Positions 16,568 to 30,789 of a stretch of DNA of 64,000 nucleotides are shown here, one piece after another. The notes under the pieces are model-generated. The model made no database searches. It was not told the DNA's origin and saw only the letters and a list, made by a program, of their open reading frames with translations. Position 1 is the first letter of the stretch. Each line of letters opens with the position of its first letter. A program made the translations under genes and the position numbers. This DNA is from Anaeromyces robustus (taxonomy: Eukaryota), in contig MCFG01000268.1 in assembly GCA_002104895.1 (NCBI GenBank), positions 1 to 64,000 of the forward strand, in the 5' to 3' direction.

Positions 16568-18965
16568 CTTTTTTTTTTTTTTCTTTTTATTTTAATAAAG
16601 TATAAAATAAAAAAATTAATATAAAAAATTAATAGTTTATTTATTTATATATACATTTAAAGAAGAAATAAAAATAAAAATAAAAAAAATGAAAGAAAAG
16701 AAATTTTTTCAATATATAACGTGTATATTATTAACTATATATACAAAATATATTATAATATTTTAAACGTAAAATAAATTGGAATTTTTCTTTTTAATAA
16801 TGCTAATTTTTTTTGTATATGTAATAATCACTATTTTTATTTTATTCTGTTTTTTGTTTCTTTATATGTATATAAAATAATAGTTGTTACAATTATTCCA
16901 ATGATTAAAAGATATAAATGATTATGATACTTCATAATAGTATATACCATAAATTTTTATATATATATTTATTATGTTATTTTATATTCATGATAATTTT
17001 GTATTTTATTATAAAAAAATTATTATTGTTATTATTATTATAATGTTGTTGATATTATAGTTACTAAAGAAAGCTATGTGTATTATATATATACATATTT
17101 CGTTTTTTTTTTTCTTCTTTTTTGAAATATAAAATATATATTGTTTTCTAATTGTATAATTTTTAAAAGTATAGTATTATTAATTTCATGAACTTACTTT
17201 CTTTTTATTTTATAAAAAAAAATATGTATATAAATAAATTAAAAAAAGATAAAAAAGAAAAAAAAAATTAATAAAAGAAAACGTTGATAAAGAAAATTAA
17301 TGAATCAAAGTAAATAATAATTACTAATTAATAACAAAAAATAAAATAAAATAAAATAAAAATAAAATAAAACAAAATAAAAAATAATTTTAAAAAATAA
17401 AATTTTAAAAAAAATATATATATAAATTTTATTATATATAATTAATGTTTCAAAAGAAATATATATATAAATTTAATTAAGTATAAATACCAGTTTCAAT
17501 AATTAATAATAAATAATAATAAAATATTTAATAATAATTCTTCTACCTTATTTAAGTAAAAAAGAAAGTTTAAATAACCAAATTTTTTATTAGAAATTTT
17601 TTATACATTAAAAATTTAAATATAAAAAATTTTTAATTAAAAAAAAAAAAGAAACGTAAAAATCATCTTAATAATAATGATAGTAAAATTTATTATTATT
17701 AAATATTTTTTATTTTGTAATATTTATTATTATTTTACTTTATATAATCCATATATTTATATATATATATTGCATAAAAAAATTAATTTAATATTATTTA
17801 AAATCAAATTAATAACTTTAATACAAAAGCTTTAAAAAACTTTATTTTTTAAAGTATAAATGTTAAAAAAATAAAATAAAATAAAATAAAATAAAATATA
17901 ATATAATAAAATAAAAATAATATGTAAATGTTAATTAATACTATAACATTCCTTCAGTAAATATAGATAAGTATTTGTCTTTCAATTTTTAAAATTATTT
18001 TTATGTATATTTGTTTCAATAATTATAGTAATTATTGTTTTACATTATATCTTTCCACTTCATATTAAGAATAATAATAAAATAAAAATTAATTCTAAAT
18101 AGATTTTTTTATATTATATACTGATGATTATGGAAATTAAAAATATGTATCTACAATTTATTAAAATTTATAAAGTGGAATAATTATTTATATAAAAAAA
18201 TTTTTAATTTGTCATTTATAATCCAAATTTTAAGTATAAGGTGCAAGAATTTTAAACATATATATATTATTCTTATTTATCATTTTATTTTTTTTTTTTT
18301 ATTTTTCTATTACTAATTATCCATGATTAATAAATATTGTAAGAAAAAACAAAACATTTATATATATATATTAATATAAATCACGTGTGATATCTATATT
18401 TATGAGTATATGTTATTTATTTATTTTTTTTTTTTCGGGATTTGAATTTAAATGTGAAATATTTTTTTATTTTAAATTATTTATAATTAAATTACCAAGA
18501 ATTTTTACATTATTTTATGTTACATTAAATTATTAATAAATTTGTTTTTCATATAATAATTACATAATTTCTTACAAATATATATATTATATTATTATAT
18601 ATATTATATTATTATTTATTTGTTTATTTATTTATTTCTAATTGTTCATATATATTAATGGATAATTTATATTTATTATTAAAATATAGGTATATCTATT
18701 CAAAATAAAAGAAAAATAAAGTAAAATTATTATCAAAAAAAAAAAAAAAATAGTATTATATTTTGTTATATATATATTACAATAAATTAATATAATAGAA
18801 ATAAAAAAGAAATTATAATTCTATTTATTTATAAATAATATCAAAAAGATAAAATAAAATAAAATAAAAATAATTACTATAAAAAAAAATAAGAAAAAAA
18901 AATCTTTCTAGAATAATTTTTTAAACAAAATTTTATCTTAACTATGATACTTAAATATAATATCT

Positions 18966-19152
18966 TATATATTATAATTATTAATTATTATTATTATAAA
19001 GAAAAATAGTTATAATATATATATTTAATATTTTATATATTATAATTATTAATTATTATTATTATAAAGAAAAATAGTTATAATATATATATTTAATATT
19101 ATATATATTATAATTATTATTATTATTATTTATTATTATTATTATAAAGAAA
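18966..19152. repeat. About 68-bp AT-rich tandem duplication (about 2.7 copies) just downstream of the ARMC9 stop
   Basis: GAAAAATAGTTATAATATATATATTTAATATT occurs at 19001 and 19069. A partial third copy ends near 19152. Confidence 0.8.
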
Positions 19153-19160
19153 ATTTAAAA

Positions 19161-21246
19161 TTATGGATGATTATAAGATGATGAATTTGGTCTTATTTCA
19201 GGAAGTGTACTTTTAGATGATGATAATGTAGTAACAGAAACAGATTCTACTGGAGTTCTAGCAATTCTTGGTTTTGAAGTAAAAGCTTGATAATATTCTT
19301 TTAATCTTAATATTTATATATTAAAATATATTATAAATAATAATAATAATAATAAAAAAAAAGTTTTAACAATATAAATAATTTTAATAAATAATAAAAT
19401 TAATATTTAATGAAAACATTTATTACATGTATTAATATCATTAATACTATTATTTATAATATATAAATACATAAGTAAACAAATAAATAAATAAATAAAA
19501 TATAAATATAGTTTTATATATATAATAACATACTCTTCTTCACTATTCATTATTCCAGTTTTTTCTTTTACTTTTTTCATAACTGATGCTAAAGGTGGAT
19601 GAGGTTTAATTGTTTGCATTTTTATATAATCTTCAGTTGTTGCTTTCTATTATATAATTTATTTAATTTTTTTTTTTTTAAATAGCAAAAAAAATTATTG
19701 ATAAACATTTATTATATTATTTTTCTTTATATGTATGTTATATATATATATATATATATGTGTATAGACTAAATAATTATTATATATCATTTTATTATTT
19801 TTTAAGATTTTTTAAAATTTTTTATTACCCTTGTATGTCTTTTAGACTTTATAACTGGAGATTGAACTCTATAAGAAGTAGAATTTTTTGTTATTGGATT
19901 TATAAAATTGTTTATATTATTTTCCATTTTCATATTATTATTATTATTATTGTTAATATTATTATTAATATTATTGCTAATATTATTGCTAATATTATTG
20001 TTAATATTATTGTTAATATTATTGTTAATATTATTGTCCGCTGACATTTTAATAAACTCTGTAGTAATAGGTTTATCATTATTAATTAGATAATTATCTT
20101 AATTTTTTTTTTTTATTAAAAAAAATATAAAAAAATAATAATAAGCAATTAATATAAACTATTCATATATTTATATTATTTTTTATTGATATAATTAAAT
20201 ATTACTTTTCTGTCTTGGTAAAGCTATATTACTTCTTTTAAATACTTCATCTTTAACATATTCTTTTTCAGGCTTTATAATAAAAAAATTAATATTAATA
20301 ACAAAATAATTAAAAAAATAATTGTTAAAAATAATTAATTTAAAAAAAAGAAAAAAAAGGTATTTACCGAAACTGGAATAATTCGTTTAATATCATGATT
20401 TAATAGTGATGGATTATTATCATTGTTGTTGTTAATATTAGTATTATTATATTTATTATTAGTATTGTTATAATTATTATTATCATCAGTGGAATATTTT
20501 TTACGTAATAATTCATAACCATAATCTTCATTTTCATCCTCTGCTAAATCATTTAATATTAAATTTTCATCAATTTCAGGCATATCCTGTATATTAACAT
20601 TTAAAAATTATTTCAAATATAATAATATATATATAATTATATTTATATTCATTTTATTTTATTATGATTAATAACAATAATGTATATAATTAATTTTTTT
20701 TCAGATTTACGTAAAAAATTAAGAATATTATTAATAATTTATTAATGTCTTTACATAATAATTATCATCATCATTATCATCTTCTTCACCATCTTCAGAA
20801 ATGACATCAGAGTTATCTACTGTATTTTCTATATATTTATATGAAAATGAATTTATAATATATGTATTTATATATAATTAAAAAAAATTATTAAGTTATA
20901 TTTCAAAAAAATAATTCATACATAATAATATTAAAATTAAAATATATATATATATTTTTACTTTTAGTTTTTTTTTTAATTACCTGTATTTAATTGTTCT
21001 AAAACAAAATCTAATTGTCTTCTAATTTTCATATCACTTATACTTAGTAAATATTCTATAAGATCTGGCATACCCATAGATCTAGCTTGCTCTTTTATAT
21101 TATGTTCAGTGAAAAGATTATATAGAGTTCCATTTATATATGTTCTTATCTATAATTATAAAAATATTTTTCATAAAATAATTGTAATGAATTTTCGATA
21201 AATAAATATTAATAATAAAAATATTATATATATTATAATAAGATTA

Positions 21247-21312
<66 letters not shown>

Positions 21313-22752
21313 TTTATTATATTATATTTATTAAAAAACAAAAAAAAAAAAAAAAAAAAAATTACTTGTTGATTATCGTGTTCAATATAATTATTTAAAA
21401 TATTTAATACTTCTTTTGAACGACAATTACACCTTTTTTTACCTTCAGTTCTTAAACTTAAATTCATTAATAAAGCAATACAATATTCTAAGGTTTCTTC
21501 AGAAATAAAATTATTAGAATTTTCATTAGTTCCTAAAAATTCTATAATAAATTCAATTAGATTTTCTTTTATCATTAATGATTGAGCTTTACGTCTAAAA
21601 AAAAAATATTATTATTATTAAAATTGTTTTTATTATTTTACAATATAGATATAGATATATGTATATATTTAAAAAAAATTAATAAATAATAAAATAATAA
21701 AATATAATATATAGAAATTCAATTTTTTTTTTAATTTAAATATTCATTTAAAATAATTATTAATATACTATAGTTATAATAATATACAAAGAAAAATAAT
21801 ATAATATTATAATAATAATTATATATATATATATGTATATACCTTAAACTTAATTTTTGAAGAACAGCTAAAATATTTTTATAAAAAATAGAATCTGTAA
21901 AAGTTTTAAAACTAAATAAGATGGTAATAAGAGTTTCAATAATTTTTGGCCATTGATTGATTAAATATTCTCTACCCATACTATCAGTACAAATTATATT
22001 TAATAACTTAAATAATTGAATATGAACCACTTCACTGGAATAATTTAAAAGTCTAGTTATTATCTAAAAAGAGAAAAAATTGTATATATAAATAAAAGAT
22101 AAATTAAAAAATTTATATAGAATTTATATAGATTTATAAAATTTAGAAAAAAAAAAATAGAATATTATTAATAATGATTATAATAATAATATATATAGTT
22201 TAATAATGAATGATAAAATATTATAATAGAGAATATATATATATATATATATATATAGGTAATAATTACATTTGAAGTATTATTTTCTTTAATGTCTAAT
22301 ACATCATTATTAATATAAGCTGTTAATATTTCTCTTCTTTTACCATTTGTATGAACTCTTGATAAATTCTAATATAAGAAAAATAATAAATATAATATTT
22401 TAGGTTATAAGAAAATAAATATAATTATATTATATCATCTAATATAGTTATATAAAAATTTTTTAAAAAGAATAGATTTTGATTATAAAATATATATTCT
22501 ATATATATATATAGAATATAATATATATATATAGAATAAGATATATATAATATATTATATTCTAATTTTATTTTTTTATTGTTATTGTTTTTGTTTTTTT
22601 ACTTACAAGTCTTAAAGCTTGAATTAATTTTACAAGATTTTGATCATTCATTTCTGATTTTAAATCGAAAATAATTTTTTTATAATTAAAATGAATAGGA
22701 TCTTTAGTATCATCAGGTTCATTCATCCAAGCCATATCATGATCATTATGAT

Positions 22753-22783
<31 letters not shown>

Positions 22784-25700
22784 ATATTGTAATTTTTGAA
22801 ATTCATTATCAAAAGATAAAGGATAATCATGTTTTAATTGATATTTTTGTAATTCTTGATCAATAGAATTTGAATAAGGATCTGTTATATTATTATGATT
22901 ATTATTAAGGGTTGTCCCTGAAGAATGTAAATTTTGTCTTTTATTATAGAGTAAAGGAGAAAGAAACATAGGATTAACCGTCATATTATTATTATTATCG
23001 TTAGATATTTCATTATTTGATTTAAAAATAGAATAATTATTAATAGATTTTTGATCATAATTATCTATATCCATATTCTTTTATAGAAAATATATATATA
23101 TATATGGATTTTTTATAAATCAGTTTATTATTAATTATACATTTATATATATTAATTGTATGTAATATACACTAAAAATATATATATATAAATTATTTAT
23201 CATAATTCTTTTTTTTTATTTTTAATACTTTTTGTTGGAATAAAGCAAGTTGTTGATATATATCATTTATAAATGATTGAGATATCTATTAAGTATAATA
23301 TAATAATTAATAATATATATATAATACAATATTTTTATCATTAATGAAAAAAAGAATCATGTTAGATATATATAATACAGTATTTTTATCATTATTGAAT
23401 ATAAAAAAATTAAATATATATATTACTTGTTCTCCGTTTGATGAAGCTGATAATAATCTTAAAATTTCTGATGATAATGATAATAATTTTTCATAATCAC
23501 TCTTGTATATTATATATATATAAATATATATATTATTTTAATATTATATAAGAAAAAATATTATTTTTTTTCCTTTTTAATTATTATTATTATTCAATAT
23601 ATTTATATTGATATTGTCATTATATTCTATTTAATTGAAAAAAAAATTTTTTTTATAAAAAAGTATAAGATTATAGTACTTTAACAATAGAATATTTTTG
23701 ATCCATCATTTTTTCATTATTTTTCAGTGAAGTTAATTGATTTTTATAATTTTCAATAGTTTTAAGGTATTCTTTATAAAAAAAACGTATAATAAATATA
23801 TATGTGTATGTTATGTTATGTATAAAATTATATTTATAAATTGTATTAAATAAATAATTAAAATAATTATATATTCTTTTTTTTTTTATTTATTTATTTT
23901 TATTTCTTTTTTATTTGTTTGTTTGTTTATATATAAAATCTATATATATATATTTTTACATACCTTTTTCTTTATTTGATTTATCATATTTTTGCTATTA
24001 TAATTATGAAGTAAAATACAAAAAATATATATATATAAAAAATATATAAATTAATTAATTCATTCATATATATTTTGATAATATAAATCTTGTTAATACA
24101 TATATATATATACAATTTTAATGATAATTACATTTTCTTGTAATAATGTTAATAATCTAGGTTTTTGTAAAGTATTTAATAAAGAATTTAAAAATAATTT
24201 TAATTGATCTTCCAAGTTTATAATCCATTGTTCCTGTAAATATAAATAAAGATTAATGTATAAATAATAATTAATAATAATATAACATTCATAACATTAT
24301 ATATATTAATATATATATCGAATAAAAAAAAAAGAAAATTAATTTAATATTTTTAGAAATCATATTATATAATAATTAAATAAATAAAATAAATAAATAA
24401 AATAAGATATATATATAATAATAATAATATAATATTATTAAATAATAAATCATTTACTGTAAAAGTTTCTTTAAATAAAGAATGATTTTTAGGATCTGGT
24501 ATATAAGGAAGAGCATAAAAAGGTATATATTGTTGAGATTGAGATAGTCTTGTACTATTTGTTTCTAAATATTTTTTAAAATCCAACATTGTTTTATTGA
24601 TATCCAAAATCTATTTTTTTTTTTTTTTTTTTAATAAGTATAAAAAATAATTATCATTTGGAAATTTTTTTTAGAATTTTTTTTTTAAAATAAAAATAAA
24701 AATAAAAATCAGTTAATATTACTTTTGAATAATTAAAATCCACATAATCATGAATAGGATAAATTGCAAAATAAACTTGTAAATTAAAATCAAGATTTTG
24801 AGCAATAGAATCTATTTTTTTAGTAGTTTCTGGTAAAATTTTTAACCATACATCTAAGAAATTTGTTTTATTACCTTGATTAAAATATTTTATTAAAAGA
24901 TTCTTTTTATTTTTATTTTATTTTATATATATATATAAATATATAAATTTCAGTATTATTCAATAAATGTAAAAATTAATAATTGTAGTAATAATTAAAA
25001 AAAAATAAATAAATAAAATGTATTGCATGGAAAATAATAATATAATTATTAAATAGAAGAATATGTATATAAATAAAATAGATATTTACATAAATTTCTT
25101 TTTTTTTATCATTATCAATATCATTTGAATTTAAATTTTTATGAAAATTATGATATAATCCACGTTTTTTACATTCTTGTTCAAATTCATTTAAAGTAGT
25201 ACTATAATTAGCATATTTCAAATACTTTTGAATATATATATATATATATATGTATATATGTTTATTGAGATTTTTTTTTATATAAATATTAATATACATG
25301 TTCATTTTGGTAATATGAATATAAAAAGAAATATCATACGGTTAATGTAAAATTAAAAAATAATAATCAAGAAAAAAAAAAATAAATTAGATAATAGATA
25401 ATACAACAAATAATATATATATATATAATTCTTCTTTTCTTTCTAATTTTTTTTTTTTTTTTTGTTTTATTAAAAAAAAAATTACCTCTCCACATATCAT
25501 ATTCATTTCAATTTCATTTGTTAAAGAACTATTAATATTTTCATTTAATTTTAAATTATTCATATTATTTATAGAATTTATATTATTCATAGAATTTATA
25601 TTATTAATATTATTGTTATTATTAATATTATTGTTATTATTATTTGTTATCATCATCATATTATCATTGGTATTATTATAAGATAAATTTGAAATTTTAC

Positions 25701-25989
25701 TCTCCGCAGTAGAATTATTATTATTATTATTATTATTATTAAAAGTATTATTATTGATATTGGTATTAATATTAGTATTGCAATAAGAATTAATATTATT
25801 TATATCTTGTTGTTGTTGTTGTTGTTGAAAAGTTTGTTCTTGAAAATTAGATACTAATGATTCAATCATATTACCATTATTTAAATGTTGTTGTTGCTGC
25901 TGCTGCTGTTCTTGATAATTATGTAGATTAGAGTCATCATTTATTTGATTATAATTATTATTCAAATTAATATTTGAATTTGATAACAT
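19161..25989 (-). CDS. ARMC9: LisH domain-containing armadillo-repeat ciliary protein ARMC9
   Basis: A Q/N-rich first exon precedes LisH EMNMICGE|YLKYANYSTTLNEFEQEC. Other recognisable segments are LDFNLQVYFAIYP, LSQSQQYIPFYALPYIPDPKNH, NILAVLQKLSLR|RKAQSLMI, TLEYCIALLMNLSLRTEGKKRC, IRTYINGTLYNLF, and the C-terminal AFTSKPRIARTP. The stop TAA is at 19161-19163. There are many GT-AG introns. Confidence 0.9.
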
Positions 25990-26949
25990 TTATTTATTAG
26001 TTAATTATTAATTGATTACTTATTTAATTTGCTGTTACTAAAAAAAAAAAAAAAGAAAAATTAACTTTCTTTATTTATAAATGATTATTTTTTATTATTA
26101 AAAATTAATGAAACAACTATTAATAAAAGATAATATCAAAAATGCAATATTAAAATAAAAAAAAAAATTAGTATAAAAAATTTTAATACTATATTTTTAT
26201 TATATTAAATAACAAAATTTTACAATTAGTATTTTAATTTTTAGTAAAATTTTAGTTTTATAATAATCTTAAAGTGACCAATTAAATTTTTTTAAAAAAA
26301 AAAAAAACCAAAAAACAAAAAACAAAAAACAAAAAAATGTTTTTATATATATGAATGGATAATAGTAAAATACAAATAATTAAAATGAAATAAAAAAAAG
26401 TCATACTGTCATAAATAAAAAATAATAAAAAATAAAAAATATATATATATAATTTAAAATTTAAAAATAAAAAACAATAAATTAATTTTTAATTAATAAT
26501 TATTAAACTTTAAATTGTTTAAGAATAAAATTATTTTATGTAAATATAATAATTAATAATAATAATAATAATAATAAATAAAAAAAAAAAAAAAACAATC
26601 TTATATAATAGGTTATGACTTGATAAAAAAAAAGAAAAAAAAGAAAAGAAAAAGTAACATAATAATAACCCTTGATATTATGAATAAATAAAACCAATAG
26701 ATTTAAATATTATAAAAATAATGGATTATTAATACAAATAGTTTTTTATTTTATTTTATATTTTATAAATCGCTTATTTTTTTTTTAAAAAAAGAAAAAA
26801 TAAAAATTTATTCGTATTCTAAAAAAAATATACATAAGTATTATAATTATATTAATATAATTATATTAACTCACATATTATACTTCTTTTTCTTTTTTTT
26901 TTTTTTTTCTCTATTTATGATAAACGCTATATTCAATTTCATTTAATAA

Positions 26950-28211
26950 AATAGAAACTTCACTTTACAAAATATATTATGATAAATACTTTAAGTAGTA
27001 CACTATGTTATCATAATGATTTCTAATAGTAATATTTAATGGAGTAAAAAAAGGTTTATAACAATATTTCAAATCCAATCTTTTGTTCTATCGTTTTATT
27101 ATATATCAGTACTGTGTACCAATAAATACTTTTTTTACTATAGAATTATGACTTTTTTTGATAAGCAATATGTAATAATGGTATTTGACGAGAGATTTAT
27201 AACCATGTTCATAAGTAATGTGTAATGGTATTTAATCCTCCACGTCTTCTATATTTAATTTCATTCTTTTTTTTTTTTTTAACTATAATAGGCTATCATA
27301 GCTTCATTTCCTATTTCATAAGCAAAATGACATGGACTTTGACCATAAATATTCTTGTTGATTTAAATTGGCACCATGTTTTTTTTTTACTAAATATCTT
27401 ACCAAGGGTTCATTATTATTAAGAATAGCAATATCGAGTGAGCTAAAGTTTTTACTTACATTTCCATTTATATTTATATATTATTTACTAAATATTACTT
27501 TATTTCTATACTTCCTGTATTACAGGCATTTAGTAAATAATTAGTGGCATCTATATTCTTTTTTTCCTCTTCTTCATTATCTGATTGCTGATGAATCACT
27601 TCATATATCATTTATTTTTCTTCCTCTTCTTCATTATCTGATTGCTGATGAATCACTTCATATATCATTTATTTTTCTTCCTCTTCTTCATTATCTGATT
27701 GCTGATGAATCACTTCATATATCATTTATTTTTCTTCCTCTTCTTCATTATCTGATTGCTGATGAATCACTTCATATATCATTTATTTTTCTTCCTCTTC
27801 TTCATTATCATTTTTCAATTTCTAATTATGAATCACTTCATATATCATTTATTTTTCTTCCTCTTCTTCATTATCATTTTTCAATTTTTAATTTCTGATG
27901 AATCACTCCATATATCATTTTTATCATTTTTATCAATATAAAGGTTTTTTTTATCATTTATTTATTTATTTAAAAATTAGTTTTTAGATATAATATCGAG
28001 ATAATCTACTTGATCATCATTAAATAATTTTTTTTTTTTTCAATAAAATAAAAAAAAAATATAGTTAAATATTGAGGATTTCATTTTTATTATCTATTTG
28101 AAAACGTTCAAGTTGTCAAAAAAATTTTTTATTTTCTATAGTACATTTTCAAAATAAAGTCTTCTTGATAACATTTTTCATTATTTAGTTTAAATATTCA
28201 GGAATTACCAT
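26950..28211 (-). pseudogene. Decayed ankyrin-repeat gene
   Basis: Minus-strand fragments: NYLLNACNTGSIEIK*YLVN; NFSSLDIAILNNNEPLVRYLVKKKHGANLN; NKNIYGQSPCHFAYEIGNEAMIAY; ED*IPLHITYEHGYKSLVKY; PLLHIAYQK/SHNSIVK; FTPLNITIRNHYDNIVYYL. That is about 6 ankyrin units (TPLH.A...G....VKYLV..GA..N consensus) with stops and frameshifts. The 5' boundary is uncertain. Confidence 0.8.
27566..27920. repeat. 57-bp tandem repeat, 4 identical copies plus 2 variant copies
   Basis: Units start at 27566, 27623, 27680, 27737, 27794 (66-bp variant) and 27860 (variant). The unit is CCTCTTCTTCATTATCTGATTGCTGATGAATCACTTCATATATCATTTATTTTTCTT. Confidence 0.95.
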
Positions 28212-29165
28212 TTCTTTTATTATTATTAATTTATTCATTTACTTATTATTTATTATTTATTATTTATTATTTATTATTTATTATTTATTATTTATTATTT
28301 ATTATATATTTTTTATTTATTATTTTTTTTATTATTATTTATTATTATTTATTATTATTATTATTTATTATTTTTTTTAAACTAAATAAAAGGAAGAGTC
28401 ATACACATTTTTCAATATTTTTCTTTTTTTATATATATGAATATTTTTCAATATTTTTTTTTTTATTTTTTAATTTCATTTAGATAGATTTTTTTTCAAA
28501 TAGAATTTTCTAATTTTTTTCTAGTATATTAAAATCAAGAAAATTCCATCTAAAAAATAAAAAAATAAAAAAAAAAATAATTTAGAATAATAATTTTTAA
28601 CCCATATAATTTTTTTTTTATAGTGGGGTATTTAATATTCATATTTCATTTTTCTTTAAATGGGTAACAATATGTAACAATATGTAACAATTATTATATA
28701 GCCAAACCAAAGAAGCCAAAGAAGTAACATTTATTTAATTATATTATTAGTTTATTCAAAATAACAACTTCAAAAAAGTTATAAAAATTACTTATTACTG
28801 TTTTTGTTAAAGAGTATGAAAAAATATATATATATATATATTTTTATATATATATATTTAAACATTTATATATATTAACCAAAAAGTTATATATTTACTT
28901 ACTACAGTTTTTTTTTTTTTTAGATTAAGATTAATCTTTATTGATTTAAAAATAATTAATAATTAATTTAAATTAATCCTATTACTATAAAACTATAGAT
29001 TACATTAAAGTAAAGAATATTTAAATTAAACATACCTATGAAATATAAAATTAAATAAAATTAAAAAAAAAAAAAAAAAGATACAAAAAAAGAATATAAT
29101 ATAATATATTATATTAGAGATATTAATCATATTAAAAAAAAAAAAAAAAAAAAGAAAAAGTTAAA

Positions 29166-29280
29166 AAGTTTAAACTTCTAAACCTCTCTTTCATTCAACG
29201 AATGGGAATACCATTCGAATTTGTTTCAAAATAAATCTTTTCGACGTTGACGTCGAATACCTTTCAAGCCTCCTGGAGTG
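29166..29280. other. Intergenic GC/CpG-rich island of consecutive inverted repeats (candidate structured RNA or cis-element)
   Basis: It contains the palindrome AAGTTTAAACTT (29166-29177), CGAATGG-GAATA-CCATTCG (29199-29217), ATTTGTT-TCAA-AATAAAT (29219-29236, one G.U) and TTCGACG-TTGA-CGTCGAA (29240-29257). I recognise no RNA family. Confidence 0.45.
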
Positions 29281-29405
29281 TTCTTGTTATTCTTATTCTT
29301 ATTATTATTATTATTATTATACCAATTAAAGAAATAAATTATTTAAAAATATAAAAAAAAAATTTAAAATAAAATTTTTATTTTTCAATATTCGTTTATC
29401 GTTTC

Positions 29406-29439
<34 letters not shown>

Positions 29440-29600
29440 ATAAAAAAATATTTTTTATTATTTTATTTTATTTTATAAATAAATATATTTATCTAATAAA
29501 TATTAAAATAATAAAGTACATAATATTTTCTTTATAAAATATATATTATATATATATATATATATTTTAAATTATTATTTATTTATTATTTATTTAATTT

Positions 29601-29632
<32 letters not shown>

Positions 29633-30789
29633 ATTATTATTATTATGTTTTTTAATATTGTTAATATTTTCTATTAATTGATTTATATTAAATAATTATT
29701 AAATTATATATTTTATTTTATTTTATTTTATTTTATTTTAATTATTTATTTATTTAAAATTTTTCTTTTGTAAAGTAAGAAAAAAAGAAAAAATTCAAAT
29801 AGATAAATATTCTATTTTAAATATTTTTAATTTGATTTAAAGACCTAATTTTTTTTTTTTTTATTTTTTTATTTTTTTTTTTTTACTTTTTTTTTTTTTA
29901 TTTTTATTTTTTTTTATTTAAAAAACAAAAAAAAAAAGTTTTATATATGTATATTAAAAAGAATAAAAAATTTTTATATTATTCAATGATAAAAATTTCA
30001 CTTTTAATCTTCGTCGATATTATTATATATGTAAAAAAAAAGTAAATATAAAATAGTAAAAAAAAATAATTTTAAAAGAAAAAAAGGTTAATAATCCATT
30101 TTCTAATAATTATTTTTTTCCTATTTTTTTTTTTTTTTTATAAAAAAAATATTTTTATTTACAAATTTAAATTTATCCTGATTATATCTATTGAATATTA
30201 TTATCATATAACAATAATTTTTTTTCTTTTTCTTTTTTTTTTTTTTTTTTTTTTTGATATTGATATTATTAAGTTTATGAAAAAAAAATTATTGTTACTG
30301 CGCAAGAATTATTTATATAAAAAATAATTATTATAATTTCTTTTTTGATTCCATTTTTAATATAAATAATTTTTTTCTAAATATTTTAATAGTTCATTTA
30401 AGAGTAATATAAAAATAATATTATTAAAAAAAAACATTTGATATTTATTTGGTTAATTACTATTTTATCCTTTCTTGTTTTTTTTTCTTCTAATCTTCTA
30501 TGTTTATTTATTTATTAGTTGGTAATATTATTTCTTTTTTATTATTTTTTTTATTGGATTACTTACTTATTTATTTAGATAAATATTTTTTGATTTTCGT
30601 TTTCAATAATAATAAATATATTTGTGATTTTGTTAATTATTTTTATTTGATTATTTATTTAGATTAGTAATAAAAGTTTCATTTTGATTTTTTTTTTATT
30701 TTGTTGTTATTGTATTTATTTTGTTGTAATCGTGTTTTTTTTTTTTTTTTTGAATGTGTGTGTGTCGGATTTAGTTAAAATGCTATTGC

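Noticed and set aside
26031..26040. RFX X-box half-site (GTTACTA) about 45 bp upstream of ARMC9
   Set aside because: It is only a half-site, I found no full palindrome, and there is no equivalent upstream of CFAP57.
27566..27920. Possible CRISPR array
   Set aside because: The units are contiguous and identical with no unique spacers, there are no cas genes, and the context is eukaryotic.
29225..29250. ATAAATCTTTTCG resembling part of U5 snRNA
   Set aside because: The invariant U5 loop I (GCCUUUUAC) is absent.
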